Made by a program: the position numbers and the translations under genes | The notes under the pieces: model-generated | The model's database searches: none | Seen by the model: only the letters and a program-made list of their open reading frames with translations | Told to the model about the DNA's origin: nothing | Source: a virus | Length of the DNA: 64,000 nucleotides | Reading direction: 5' to 3' (one strand) | Virus record (IMG/VR): IMGVR_UViG_3300043823_000198 | Span: 101,634-165,633 of that record | In this document: piece by piece, positions 9,520-19,477 of the stretch | How positions within the stretch are numbered: the stretch's first letter is position 1 | Layout: each line of letters opens with the position of its first letter

Positions 9520-9671
9520 TCTTATTTAATTTAATAACAAGATTATTTACTTTACCTTCTGAACAAACGACCCTTGAAAATTTTATTACCAGTAAACGCC
9601 CAACAAATGGCGCAGAAGTTGATCATTGGATACGTTATTACTACGATAATAAGTCGAGGATTTTATTATGA
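9516..9671 (+). CDS. 51-aa micro-protein (not in ORF track)
   Basis: ATGA overlap; LENFITSKRPTNGAEVDHWIRYY. Confidence 0.5.
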   Translation: MILFNLITRLFTLPSEQTTLENFITSKRPTNGAEVDHWIRYYYDNKSRILL

Positions 9672-9754
9672 ACCAATGGATACCTATGACTGATGATGAT
9701 TGGGATTGGGTTAATGGTAAAGTGCCAGCTAACCCAAATAACAAAACAAAGTGA
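9668..9754 (+). CDS. 28-aa micro-protein (not in ORF track)
   Basis: GAGG SD and ATGA overlap; MNQWIPMTDDDWDWVNGK... Confidence 0.5.
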   Translation: MNQWIPMTDDDWDWVNGKVPANPNNKTK

Positions 9755-9761
9755 GAACAAT

Positions 9762-10211
9762 ATGTCTGTAACATTAAAAAATCTTGAGAGTGCATTGGCT
9801 GGCGAATCAATGGCTCATATCAAATATCGATATTTCGCTAAACTTGCACGTGCTGAAGGATATGAAGAAGTTGCTCAACACTTTGAACACACAGCTGATC
9901 AAGAAATATTACATGCTTGGGGTCATCTAGAATTGCTAATCGGTAAGCCATCTACTAAAGAATGTCTAGAGAAAGCAATTGAAGGTGAAACATATGAGTA
10001 TACTCATATGTATCCACAAATGGAAGCTGAAGCAAGAGGTGAAGGACTGTTAGAAGCTGCTTCTGAGGCTGCAGAACAAATCGCAGAATCTAAAGAGCAT
10101 GCTGAGCAATTTAAAGAAATTCTTGCTAAAGCACAAAAGCGTTTCAATGCTCTTAAGAAAGTTGAACAACGTCATGCTGATGCATATAAACAAGTAAAGG
10201 ATACATTATGA
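9762..10211 (+). CDS. rbr: rubrerythrin (ferritin-like di-iron domain)
   Basis: NLESALAGESMAHIKYRYFA, QEILHA, GETYEYTHMYP, ESKEHA. Confidence 0.9.
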   Translation: MSVTLKNLESALAGESMAHIKYRYFAKLARAEGYEEVAQHFEHTADQEILHAWGHLELLIGKPSTKECLEKAIEGETYEYTHMYPQMEAEARGEGLLEAASEAAEQIAESKEHAEQFKEILAKAQKRFNALKKVEQRHADAYKQVKDTL

Positions 10212-10339
10212 TCGAACATATATGTGTAGTATGTGGACATGTCCACGATGAAGAACTTGAAGGTAAATGGGAAGAACTTCCAGAAACATTTACTTGTCCA
10301 GAGTGTGGTGTGGGTAAAGAGGACTACGAAGTAATCTAA
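10208..10339 (+). CDS. rubredoxin (43 aa, not in ORF track)
   Basis: MIEHICVVCGHVHDEELEGKWEELPETFTCPECGVGKEDYEVI; two CxxCG motifs; ATGA overlap with rubrerythrin. Confidence 0.88.
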   Translation: MIEHICVVCGHVHDEELEGKWEELPETFTCPECGVGKEDYEVI

Positions 10340-10373
10340 CAGATATTGGGGAGTAAAATCCCTAAATATCTGT

Positions 10374-10577
10374 ATGAAAGCACGATTATCACCACATCTT
10401 ATCTCTTTCTTTCTCGTTCGCAGAGGAAATTGGTATCTAAAAGTATCTGTCTATAAAAATAGGCAGATACTTGTTTTGCTTCAGCATGCATATGATATGG
10501 ATAACATTGTTATACAATACTTCCATGACCAAAACAAAGCAGCAGAATTTATTGAACACATTATAGAGGAAGTATAA
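10374..10577 (+). CDS. hypothetical protein
   Basis: ORF track. Confidence 0.55.
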   Translation: MKARLSPHLISFFLVRRGNWYLKVSVYKNRQILVLLQHAYDMDNIVIQYFHDQNKAAEFIEHIIEEV

Positions 10578-10578
10578 A

Positions 10579-10863
10579 ATGATTAAAGTATTTAAACTCG
10601 TGAATGGTGAAGAACTCATTTCCAATGCAACTGGCAATGGTGGAAACGCATACGTTCTAAAAGATCCAGCGGCAATCGTAATCCAGCAAACCCAAAAGGG
10701 TGTTGGCGTTGCGTTGGCTCCATATATGCCATATGCCAACAGTGAGATTACTTTGTACCTTACAGCCATTGTTTCTGAGTCAACCCCCAATGTGGACATG
10801 GAAAACGAATACAACCGAATTTTTGGCTCTGGCATAGAGATTGTTTCATCTATACAGCGATGA
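10579..10863 (+). CDS. conserved T4-like small beta-barrel (Sm-like) protein
   Basis: IKVFKLVNGEELI..KDPAAI..LAPYMPY..YNRIFGSGI. Confidence 0.6.
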   Translation: MIKVFKLVNGEELISNATGNGGNAYVLKDPAAIVIQQTQKGVGVALAPYMPYANSEITLYLTAIVSESTPNVDMENEYNRIFGSGIEIVSSIQR

Positions 10864-10931
10864 GGCTCCAAAGTCCTCCAAAAGGCTTACAAAGGTAATA
10901 AAAAAGGTTTACTTTTCAATGACTTACGAAT

Positions 10932-10994
10932 AACCCTACTTTTTAGTAGGGTTTTCATCATTTTACTTGACATTTACCTTCATAAGAGTATAAT
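10932..10994 (+). promoter_or_regulatory. sigma70-type promoter with upstream palindrome
   Basis: AACCCTACT-TTTT-AGTAGGGTT 10932-10953; TTGACA 10967; TATAAT 10989. Confidence 0.8.
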
Positions 10995-11019
10995 TACTCT
11001 ATTGATTGAAAGGATACAA

Positions 11020-11217
11020 ATGTTATATAAGTCTAAAGCTGAACTTCGTGCTGAAACTGAAAAACAAATTGCTTTGTTTTTGAAGAAAGGTGGTTCCATT
11101 GAAATTGTAAAACCTCGCAAAGCTCCACGTTCTAAGATGGTTGCTAGATCAACAAGAGTTGCATCCACTGGCACCTCTGGTTTCGCTGTTGGTTTCCCTA
11201 GAAAATCATTTGTTTAA
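11020..11217 (+). CDS. hypothetical basic protein
   Basis: AAGGA SD downstream of promoter. Confidence 0.6.
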   Translation: MLYKSKAELRAETEKQIALFLKKGGSIEIVKPRKAPRSKMVARSTRVASTGTSGFAVGFPRKSFV

Positions 11218-11229
11218 TAGGAGTTAATT

Positions 11230-11694
11230 ATGGGTTTGGATATGTACCTGTCGGGTAAACGTCATATGAGCAAGTATTTTGATAAAGAAGACTCTGTTCG
11301 TATCAAGAAAGTCAATGAAGCATTTGGTATCGATGGTATCGAAGATGAGGATTATGCAGCTCAAGAGGTCACTTTCCGACTTGGTTACTGGCGTAAGGCA
11401 AACCAGATTCACAAGTGGTTCGTTGACAAGTGCCAAAATGGAGTCGATGAATGTCAGGAAACATTTATTACTCGCGACCAATTGCTTGACCTACAGAATA
11501 CCTGCAAGCAAGTTCTTGCGGATATTAGTAAGGCTGATGAATTGTTACCAACTGGAAGTGGTTTCTTCTTTGGCTCAACGGATTATGATGAATGGTACAT
11601 GCAAGATCTTGAGTATACCGTTGAGCGAATCCAAAAGATTCTCGATGATGAGGCTCTTAAACGATGTGATTTTTACTATCAAGCGAGTTGGTAA
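11230..11694 (+). CDS. conserved phage hypothetical protein
   Basis: MGLDMYL, YWRKANQIHKWF, LLPTGSGFFFGSTDYDEWY, YYQASW. Confidence 0.7.
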   Translation: MGLDMYLSGKRHMSKYFDKEDSVRIKKVNEAFGIDGIEDEDYAAQEVTFRLGYWRKANQIHKWFVDKCQNGVDECQETFITRDQLLDLQNTCKQVLADISKADELLPTGSGFFFGSTDYDEWYMQDLEYTVERIQKILDDEALKRCDFYYQASW

Positions 11695-11882
11695 TGAGAG
11701 CTTTTCAAGAGACAACTAAGGACTGGGTTGGTGATGTTGCTAACCATATATACTACCTTACGGACAATAAGGAGTATATGGTTGCGTTCTATAACGTCAA
11801 CACAAAAGAGATAAAGAAGTTTATCAAACCAATCCGATTTGACATGAGACACAGAACATTTAAGGAACTGAAACACAAATGA
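11694..11882 (+). CDS. hypothetical protein
   Basis: coupled ORF. Confidence 0.55.
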   Translation: MRAFQETTKDWVGDVANHIYYLTDNKEYMVAFYNVNTKEIKKFIKPIRFDMRHRTFKELKHK

Positions 11883-13186
11883 ATATCGATGCTTTTTTGA
11901 CCTCTCTTGCTTCGAATGCCTCACGTAACTTTAAGAAAGAACAGTTACAGGACAACGCTGACAATGAAATTCTGCGTAACGTAGTTCGGTTGGCTCTTGA
12001 TCCATTTACTCAATTTTATATTCGTAAGATTCCAACCTATACACCTAATAAGGGTAAAGGTATTGATCTTTCGTTTGCTTTGGACTCTTTATATGACCTT
12101 TCTTCTCGTCAGGTAACTGGTAATGCTGGTATTGCACATTTAAAAGGTATGTTAGAAGCATTGAATGAATCAGACGCAAAGGTAATTGAGAGAATCATTC
12201 AGAAAGATCTTAAGTGTGGTGTTCAGGCATCAACTGCCAATGACGTTTGGATGGGATTGATTCATGAGTACCCATGTATGCTATGTTCTCCTTTTGAACA
12301 GAAGCTGGTTGATAAGATTCCTTACCCAGCCTACGCACAAATGAAGATGGATGGTATGCGATTCAACGCAATTGTTCGTGATGGTCAGGTTGAATTTCGC
12401 AGTCGTAACGGTAAAGAGATTAACCTACTTGGACATCTTGAGAAAGAGTTTGCCGCATTGGCTGGTGACACTGATTGTGTATTTGACGGAGAGTTGTTGG
12501 TAATGTTTGAAGACGACCATCAATTTGCTGATCGTCAGACTGGTAACGGAATTCTAAACAAAGCCAACAAGGGAACTATCAGCGAAGCAGAAGCCAAGTT
12601 GGTTCATGCATCAGTATGGGACATGATTCCCTACATGTACTTTGTTGACGGATATTGTCCAACTCCATACTCTCAGCGTTTCTCAAAACTTGAGAAGTTG
12701 GTAACTGGTCAGAAGGCAAAAGACAAACGTATCTGGGCTGTTACGTCAACCATTGTTCAATCCTTCGACGAGGCGCAAGCAATCTTTGAAGAATACTTGA
12801 GTCTTGGTTACGAAGGCATCATCCTCAAGGATGGTTCTGGTTGCTGGGAAGACAAACGTGCCAAACACCAGATTAAATTCAAGGGCGAACTTGAATGTGA
12901 CCTGAAAATTGTTGATGTTGAAGAGGGTAACGGTAAGGCTGCAGGATCTCTTGGTGCAATTATTTGTGAATCTTCAGATGGTGTTGTAAAGGTTCGAGTT
13001 GGGTCAGGGTTCAGTGATTCTCAACGCAAAGCATACTGGTCTGAAAATATAGTTGACAAAATTGTGGCAGTTAAGTATAATAGTCGAATCAAGAATAAAC
13101 TTGGTGAGAACAGCCTGTTCCTTCCTGTGTTTATTGAACTTCGAGAAGATAAAGAAGTAGCAGATGCTTCTAAGATTATTAAATAA
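11879..13186 (+). CDS. gp30: ATP-dependent DNA ligase (T4 gp30)
   Basis: KMDGMR, VFDGEL, YEGIILK, KFK, VGSGF, SLFLPVF. Confidence 0.95.
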   Translation: MNIDAFLTSLASNASRNFKKEQLQDNADNEILRNVVRLALDPFTQFYIRKIPTYTPNKGKGIDLSFALDSLYDLSSRQVTGNAGIAHLKGMLEALNESDAKVIERIIQKDLKCGVQASTANDVWMGLIHEYPCMLCSPFEQKLVDKIPYPAYAQMKMDGMRFNAIVRDGQVEFRSRNGKEINLLGHLEKEFAALAGDTDCVFDGELLVMFEDDHQFADRQTGNGILNKANKGTISEAEAKLVHASVWDMIPYMYFVDGYCPTPYSQRFSKLEKLVTGQKAKDKRIWAVTSTIVQSFDEAQAIFEEYLSLGYEGIILKDGSGCWEDKRAKHQIKFKGELECDLKIVDVEEGNGKAAGSLGAIICESSDGVVKVRVGSGFSDSQRKAYWSENIVDKIVAVKYNSRIKNKLGENSLFLPVFIELREDKEVADASKIIK

Positions 13187-13195
13187 GGATTTATT

Positions 13196-13867
13196 ATGCC
13201 GAATTATTGTGATAACAATTTAAGACTGAAACATTCAGATCAATCAAAAATTGATTCATTAGAGAAGATGCTTTCTTCTGACAATCAAGAGTTATTTAAT
13301 TATCTAAGACCAAATCCCAATGGAGATTGGAATTATGACTGGTCAATTAATAATTGGGGTTCAAAGTGGGATGCTTCTATAATTGATTGGGATAGAAATG
13401 ATAATGAAATTTGGATTTCGTTTGAATCTGCATGGTCTCCACCAACAAAGTTATACGACTTTCTAACTGAGAATGGTTGGGAAGTTGATGCAATTTATTA
13501 TGAACCTGGAATGGGATATGGTGGAATTTATTTAAATGGTAATGATGATTATTATGAATTTGATATGACCAATCGTGAAGACATTGAAAGTTTACCATTA
13601 GATTTGATTGAATATGGTGATCTTTTAAATAAGTTTGATGAATATGAGATTGATCGTCTCGAGGAAGAATGGGTAGATGCCGAACGAACAGAATGGTACC
13701 CGATGAATATTTCTCCTGTTCGTGATGGGTATTATGAACTTAATGTAAAGGGATATGAGGATAAACTCTTTGTTCACTTTGCCAAGTTTGTTAATGGTGA
13801 ATGGGACTGGTGGAATCTAGACAGTGTTATTGAATGGCGTGGATTAACGAAAGATTATACGATATGA
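13196..13867 (+). CDS. hypothetical protein (YubB/Api92-like ferredoxin-fold family)
   Basis: MPNYCDNNL, WSINNWGSKWD, FESAWSPP, YYEPGMGY. Confidence 0.6.
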   Translation: MPNYCDNNLRLKHSDQSKIDSLEKMLSSDNQELFNYLRPNPNGDWNYDWSINNWGSKWDASIIDWDRNDNEIWISFESAWSPPTKLYDFLTENGWEVDAIYYEPGMGYGGIYLNGNDDYYEFDMTNREDIESLPLDLIEYGDLLNKFDEYEIDRLEEEWVDAERTEWYPMNISPVRDGYYELNVKGYEDKLFVHFAKFVNGEWDWWNLDSVIEWRGLTKDYTI

Positions 13868-14088
13868 TACTAGAAAGCATACTAATTAAGAAACGATTCT
13901 TTGATGCGAAGTCAGAAGCTGACGTCAATGAGTTTAAGAAATTTGTTGAATCACATTCATGGGGTGGTAAGCCATGCCCATTTTTCTTGGAGTTTCCATA
14001 TCTGACAATTCCAGATATGATTAAAGACAAGATTATACATAATGCGCTCGGTTTAGAATTTGACAAATTCCATCACATTGGAGTGTAA
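13864..14088 (+). CDS. hypothetical protein
   Basis: coupled ORF. Confidence 0.55.
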   Translation: MILESILIKKRFFDAKSEADVNEFKKFVESHSWGGKPCPFFLEFPYLTIPDMIKDKIIHNALGLEFDKFHHIGV

Positions 14089-14520
14089 ATGAAAATAGTT
14101 ATTAATAATTGTTTCGGTGGTTTTTCTCTATCATCAGAAGGTATAAAGAGATACTGCGAACTTAAGGGTATACCACATTGGATTGAAATTGATACACAAT
14201 TCAAGTCAATGGAATTATATACTGTTTTTACAGTTCCAAAAGAAGAGCGTATTCCTGAGAAAAGAGGTGAAGATTTTTACAGCATGAATACTCAAGATCG
14301 TATTGAATATAACAAAGCATATTCTAAACAGATATTGGATCATCATGATATTCCTAGAGACGATGCAGCGTTGGTTCAATTAGTTGAAGAAGATTCTGTA
14401 AAATACTCTGGTATGCATGCTGAACTTAAAGTTGTAGAAATACCTGATGGTATTAAATGGATTATTGAAGAATATGATGGCAACGAACATGTTGCTGAAG
14501 AACATAGGGTTTGGTACTAA
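14089..14520 (+). CDS. conserved phage hypothetical protein
   Basis: KIVINNCFGGFSLS..RDDAALVQLVE..LKVVEIPDG..IEEYDGNE. Confidence 0.65.
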   Translation: MKIVINNCFGGFSLSSEGIKRYCELKGIPHWIEIDTQFKSMELYTVFTVPKEERIPEKRGEDFYSMNTQDRIEYNKAYSKQILDHHDIPRDDAALVQLVEEDSVKYSGMHAELKVVEIPDGIKWIIEEYDGNEHVAEEHRVWY

Positions 14521-14575
14521 TTTCAATTGCACAGAATGTGTAACTTACACTATACAAACAAATGATTGGTGCATT

Positions 14576-15112
14576 ATGAACGAAGACAACTATGAAGTTT
14601 TCTCAAAACACATGAAGGAAAAGTATCCTCGCTATTGTGGTGAGGGTAAACACTTCGGTGGGTTTGCGGTTGGATCAGGATGGTATCCTATCCTAGAAGC
14701 TCTGATTGGGCAAATTGATTCCTATACTAAATGGCGTCGCCGCATGCGTGCCGAAGATCTACGTAACCAACGTCTGGCTCGTAAGGGTCGAGATGCGGTT
14801 GTTGACAAAATCACTAATGGTCGTGGAGTATCATACTCATGGGAAGAAGAACGTATCAATAAGATTATGGTCGGTGCAGATATTACACCACGTGTAGATT
14901 ATATTCACATTGAACAAATCAAAGAGAAGTTCGGTGGTCTACGATTCTATTATTCTGGTGGCGATGACACGATTGGTGGTATGGTAACTATGGCTGAGGT
15001 ATGGGCTTCACAATCATGCGAAACCTGCGGTAACAGAGGTAAGAGTCGTAATGGTGGATGGATTCGTACTCTTTGCGATCAACATGAAGAAGAAAGAAGG
15101 GTAAATCAATGA
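14576..15112 (+). CDS. conserved phage hypothetical protein
   Basis: GWYPIL, QIKEKFGGLRFY, CETCG..GWIRTLC. Confidence 0.65.
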   Translation: MNEDNYEVFSKHMKEKYPRYCGEGKHFGGFAVGSGWYPILEALIGQIDSYTKWRRRMRAEDLRNQRLARKGRDAVVDKITNGRGVSYSWEEERINKIMVGADITPRVDYIHIEQIKEKFGGLRFYYSGGDDTIGGMVTMAEVWASQSCETCGNRGKSRNGGWIRTLCDQHEEERRVNQ

Positions 15113-15420
15113 AAAAGTATGTTATGGTTGAGGCGATTTCACAATTTCGCCAACGATATGTAATTGAAGTGCCTGATGACCATGATAAAGGAGACTTCCC
15201 ATGTTCTTCTATTGAGTGGGCTGAAGATACTGTTACGATGGAACAGATGACAGAGTTTTCTCAGAAATGGCTCGGTGAAACTATTATTGGATCTCGTGAA
15301 GTTACAAAGGAAGAAATCCTGCGTATATGTGATGAAGATAATGAATATTGTAAATCTTGGACAGATGATCATAAATTTGATACGTTCGTTACTCCAATTG
15401 GATATGAAAGAGAACTATAA
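15109..15420 (+). CDS. hypothetical protein
   Basis: coupled ORF. Confidence 0.6.
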   Translation: MKKYVMVEAISQFRQRYVIEVPDDHDKGDFPCSSIEWAEDTVTMEQMTEFSQKWLGETIIGSREVTKEEILRICDEDNEYCKSWTDDHKFDTFVTPIGYEREL

Positions 15421-15989
15421 TGTTTATCTTTGATGTAGAAACTCTTGGTGTTGAATCTACTTCAGTTGTTCTATCAGCTGCATTGATTCACTTTGACCCA
15501 GAGAAACAACCAACATATCAAGATCTACTTGATTCTGCTTTGTTTGTTAAGTTTGATTCCAAGGATCAAATCCAAAGACTCAAGCGTATTATTGATAAGG
15601 ACACTCTAGAGTGGTGGTCTAAGCAGCATGAGTATACTCGTAAAGTTTCTTTCGATGTAGACGAACACGACGTAAGTGCTGAAGCTGGTATTAAACTATT
15701 GCATGAATACATGAAAAAGTTTCCAAAGGCTCATGGTCAAACTATGTGGGCACGTGGTTCTCTTGACCAGTTGGTGATCGATTCGCTGTGTAAAAAAGTT
15801 GACATGGAACCAATTACGAACTATAATATGTGGAGGGACGTTAGAACTGCCGTTGATATTTTGTGCGGAACTACTAACGGATATTGTGAAGTCGATCACC
15901 CAAACTTCGACAGAGCTGCAGTTATTAAACACCACCCTGTTCATGACTGTGCCCTTGATGCGATGATGTTAATGTACGGAAAAACTTAA
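15420..15989 (+). CDS. dexA: DEDDh 3'-5' exonuclease (DexA-like)
   Basis: FDVETLG, WARGSLD, WRDVRT, HHPVHDCALD. Confidence 0.8.
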   Translation: MFIFDVETLGVESTSVVLSAALIHFDPEKQPTYQDLLDSALFVKFDSKDQIQRLKRIIDKDTLEWWSKQHEYTRKVSFDVDEHDVSAEAGIKLLHEYMKKFPKAHGQTMWARGSLDQLVIDSLCKKVDMEPITNYNMWRDVRTAVDILCGTTNGYCEVDHPNFDRAAVIKHHPVHDCALDAMMLMYGKT

Positions 15990-18475
15990 TGGAATTTTAT
16001 ACTTCAGTAAACCCCATGGGCGACAAGATCTTCGTCAGGGGTATTGAAAATGGTAAACGATACCAACGCAAAATAGACTTTAGTCCTACGCTGTATGTAA
16101 ACTCGAAGAAACCCTCCAAGTGGAAAACACTGGAGGGAACATTCGTTGATGAAGTACAGCCTGGAACTATCAAAGAAACTCGTGACTTCATTAAACGCTA
16201 CGATGGTGTTCAGGGTTTTGAAGTTTATGGTAATACAAACTACGCATACCAATACATCAGCGACACCTATGAAGGTGATGTTAATTGGGATATGGAACAG
16301 ATTAAAGTATTTACTATTGACATTGAAACCAGCACGGAGAATGGATTCCCAGACATCCGATCAGCGAACGAAGAAGTCCTTCTAATCACTATCAAAGATC
16401 TTCAAACAAAACGAATCATTACTTTCGGTAGCAAGTCCTACGTGAACCCACGTGAGGATGTTATCTATGTTACCTGTAAGAATGAACACGCACTTCTAAC
16501 TCAATTCCTTGAGTTTTGGATAAAGAGTTATCCCGATGTTATCACTGGATGGAATACAGACTTCTTTGACGTTCCATATCTTGTCCGTCGCATTGAACGT
16601 GAACTTGGTGATGGCGAGTCCAATAAAATTAGCCCATGGGGATATGTTAATGAACGCAAGACATTTATCAAGGGTAATGAAGAAATCCACTATGATATTG
16701 TAGGTATTGCTCAGCTGGATTATCTTGAACTCTATAAGAAGTATACTTATCAGAAACAAGAATCATATCGCCTAGACTACATCGCAGAGCAAGAACTCGG
16801 TGACAAGAAGAAAGAAAATCCAGGAGAGTCTTTCAAGGATTTTTATACAAATTACTGGCAATCGTTTGTTGACTATAACATTCATGACGTAGAGTTGGTT
16901 GATAAACTCGAAGACAAGATGCGTTTGATTGAACTGCATCTGACCATGGCATATAATGCGAAGATTAACTTTGAAGATGTTTACTCACAGGTTCGTATGT
17001 GGGATACCATCATCTATAATCACCTGCGCAAGAAGGGTATTGTTATTCCTGCCAAGAATCATTCTGGAAAGGATGCTCAGTTTGAAGGCGCTTTTGTTAA
17101 AGATCCTATCATTGGATTGCATAAATGGATGGCTTCTTTCGACTTGAACTCTCTATATCCTCACTTGATTATGCAGTATAACATCAGCCCAGAGACTCTG
17201 ACCTCAGAGAAGCTGAGTGTGACTGTTGATAAGCTACTCAATCAAGAAGTTGATACAAGCTACTTGAAGCAACGCGACCTTGCTCTTACTGCCAACGGAT
17301 GGACATATACCAAAGAATTCAAAGGGTTTATGCCAGAACTAATGGAAAAGATGTATAAAGATCGATCTAAATTCAAGAAGCAGATGCTCAGCGTTCAGCA
17401 ACAGTACGAAAAGGATAAGTCTCAAAAACATCTCCTAAAAGATATATCTCGTTTGAATAACCTTCAGATGGCCATGAAGATTGCGTTGAACTCAGCGTAT
17501 GGTGCCATGGGTAACCAGTACTTTCGTTACTTTGATATTCGTATGGCTGAAGGGATTACTACTTCTGGTCAGTTGTCTATTCGTTGGATGGCAAACAAAT
17601 TAAATGCCTTCATGAACAAAACTCTGAAGACCGAAGGTATAGATTATGTCGTTGCCATTGACACTGACTCAATCTACCTGACACTTGAACATTTAGTTGA
17701 GAAAACCTGCGAAGGTAAAACAACTGAACAGAAGATCAAGTTTATGGATAAGATCTGCGAAGATGTTTTCCAACCATTCATTGACTCTGGTTATCAAGAG
17801 TTGGCTGAATATATGAATGCATATTCTCAGAAGATGCAGATGAAGCGAGAAGTTCTTGCCGATAAAGGTATTTGGACTGCCAAGAAACGCTACGTTCTAA
17901 ATGTTCATAACTCTGAGGGTGTTCAGTTTGCCAAGCCAAAGGTAAAGGTGATGGGTCTTGAGATGGTTAAGTCGTCTACTCCAGCAATCATTCGCGATAA
18001 ATTAAAGGATTCCATTGATGTTATTCTTCAGGGAGATCAGAAACTACTACATAATTATGTTACTGAGTTTAGAAAAGAGTTTGATAAATTACCTGTTCAA
18101 GATATTGCGTTTCCACGTGGTGTGAATGGTATTAAACAGTATGCTGGTTCTCCAATCTACTCAAAGGGAACACCTATCCATGTTCGTGGGGCGCTATTGT
18201 TTAATCATTATGTAAAGAAGATGGGGCTTGATAAAAAATATCAACCGATTCGGGATGGCGACAAGATTAAATTCGTTTATGTTCGCAAACCAAATCCATT
18301 TCAAGAGGATGTGATTGCTTTCAGTCAGAAACTACCCGATGAGTTTGATTTGAAAACATACATAGATTATGATAAACAATTTGAGAAAGTTTTTCTTGAT
18401 GCGCTTCAGATTGTTATTGAACCACTAGGATGGAAAACACAGGAAGAAAATTCTTTGGAGAATTTCTTTGGATAA
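15989..18475 (+). CDS. gp43: family B DNA polymerase (T4 gp43), uninterrupted
   Basis: DIET, SFDLNSLYP, KIALNSAYG, IDTDS, KKRY. Confidence 0.97.
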   Translation: MEFYTSVNPMGDKIFVRGIENGKRYQRKIDFSPTLYVNSKKPSKWKTLEGTFVDEVQPGTIKETRDFIKRYDGVQGFEVYGNTNYAYQYISDTYEGDVNWDMEQIKVFTIDIETSTENGFPDIRSANEEVLLITIKDLQTKRIITFGSKSYVNPREDVIYVTCKNEHALLTQFLEFWIKSYPDVITGWNTDFFDVPYLVRRIERELGDGESNKISPWGYVNERKTFIKGNEEIHYDIVGIAQLDYLELYKKYTYQKQESYRLDYIAEQELGDKKKENPGESFKDFYTNYWQSFVDYNIHDVELVDKLEDKMRLIELHLTMAYNAKINFEDVYSQVRMWDTIIYNHLRKKGIVIPAKNHSGKDAQFEGAFVKDPIIGLHKWMASFDLNSLYPHLIMQYNISPETLTSEKLSVTVDKLLNQEVDTSYLKQRDLALTANGWTYTKEFKGFMPELMEKMYKDRSKFKKQMLSVQQQYEKDKSQKHLLKDISRLNNLQMAMKIALNSAYGAMGNQYFRYFDIRMAEGITTSGQLSIRWMANKLNAFMNKTLKTEGIDYVVAIDTDSIYLTLEHLVEKTCEGKTTEQKIKFMDKICEDVFQPFIDSGYQELAEYMNAYSQKMQMKREVLADKGIWTAKKRYVLNVHNSEGVQFAKPKVKVMGLEMVKSSTPAIIRDKLKDSIDVILQGDQKLLHNYVTEFRKEFDKLPVQDIAFPRGVNGIKQYAGSPIYSKGTPIHVRGALLFNHYVKKMGLDKKYQPIRDGDKIKFVYVRKPNPFQEDVIAFSQKLPDEFDLKTYIDYDKQFEKVFLDALQIVIEPLGWKTQEENSLENFFG

Positions 18476-19019
18476 TATCAGAATAATTAAGACTGGTTTA
18501 AATGTTTCTAAAATATTGAAACAATTAAAAGATCATCCAGAAGATTGGGGAGCCCAAAAGAATATTGAAGGCATCCATAATGTTCATGACGACCATGGGT
18601 TTCCTGAAATTAATGCAGGTGTTTTGCAATTAGTCATTGGTGGTATATCCAAGCAAGGAGAATATGTTGGTGACACTGAACTTTGCAAACCAACAGATGC
18701 ATTTTATAAACATACACACATAGTTTCTTTTTTGAAAAGACACTTTCACACATTTCGTAGATGTGGGTTTCTTTCTTTGCCAATTGGTGGTGAAGTAGGA
18801 ACTCACATTGACGTTGGTAGCTACTACCAAACAAAGGACAGGTATCATCTATCAATTCAGGGTAGATACATATACACAGTGGGAGATGAATCCGTAACTG
18901 TTGAACCTGGAACTTTGTTGTGGTTCAATAATAAACTACCTCATGGAACAAAGAACATTGGTGATTGTGTTCGTGTTACTTTTGTATTTGATGTTCCGCA
19001 TCACAAGAGTAATCCATAG
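18468..19019 (+). CDS. Asp/Asn beta-hydroxylase-like 2OG-Fe(II) oxygenase
   Basis: HID, RYHLSI, WFNNKLPH, RVTFVFD; TTG start overlapping gp43. Confidence 0.75.
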   Translation: MDNIRIIKTGLNVSKILKQLKDHPEDWGAQKNIEGIHNVHDDHGFPEINAGVLQLVIGGISKQGEYVGDTELCKPTDAFYKHTHIVSFLKRHFHTFRRCGFLSLPIGGEVGTHIDVGSYYQTKDRYHLSIQGRYIYTVGDESVTVEPGTLLWFNNKLPHGTKNIGDCVRVTFVFDVPHHKSNP

Positions 19020-19048
19020 TTGCTTTGCAATTAAATTCATAGTATAAT
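19020..19048 (+). promoter_or_regulatory. promoter, TTGCTT-17-TATAAT class
   Basis: TTGCTTTGCAA...TATAAT. Confidence 0.6.
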
Positions 19049-19066
19049 ATATTAAAGGAGAATGAT

Positions 19067-19477
19067 ATGAAGATTTTACGTTTCTATGCTGAATGGTGCG
19101 CACCCTGCGCTCAATTTAGTGAGATTTTAAAAGAAGTTAAAGAAAAACTTGGTGGCTCTTTCCCTGTTCAAATTGACTCAGTCAATATCGAAGAAAACAT
19201 TATGGAAAGTATTGCCTATGACATTAAAAATATTCCGACACTCGTTCTCATTGATGACAAACGCAACGAAATTAAACGTAGCGTTGGTGTTATGAGTGTT
19301 GATCAAACAATTGCATGGTTGAATGATACGTCACCAGTTTCTAAGTCAGAAGTCAAGAAACCAGCAGCAAAGAAAGCTCCAGCTAAAAAGGTTGCAGCTA
19401 AAAAGGTTGCAGCTAAAAAGGTTGCAGCTAAAAAGGTTGCAGCAAAGAAAGTAGCAAAACCAAAGGCAAAGAAATGA
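19067..19477 (+). CDS. thioredoxin fused to histone H1-like Lys/Ala tail
   Basis: WCAPC; C-terminal PAAKKAPAKKVAAKKVAAKKVAAKKVAAKKVAKPKAKK. Confidence 0.8.
   Translation: MKILRFYAEWCAPCAQFSEILKEVKEKLGGSFPVQIDSVNIEENIMESIAYDIKNIPTLVLIDDKRNEIKRSVGVMSVDQTIAWLNDTSPVSKSEVKKPAAKKAPAKKVAAKKVAAKKVAAKKVAAKKVAKPKAKK
19381..19440 (+). repeat. 15-bp tandem repeat x4 (AGCTAAAAAGGTTGC)
   Basis: four identical units encoding AKKVA. Confidence 0.95.
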
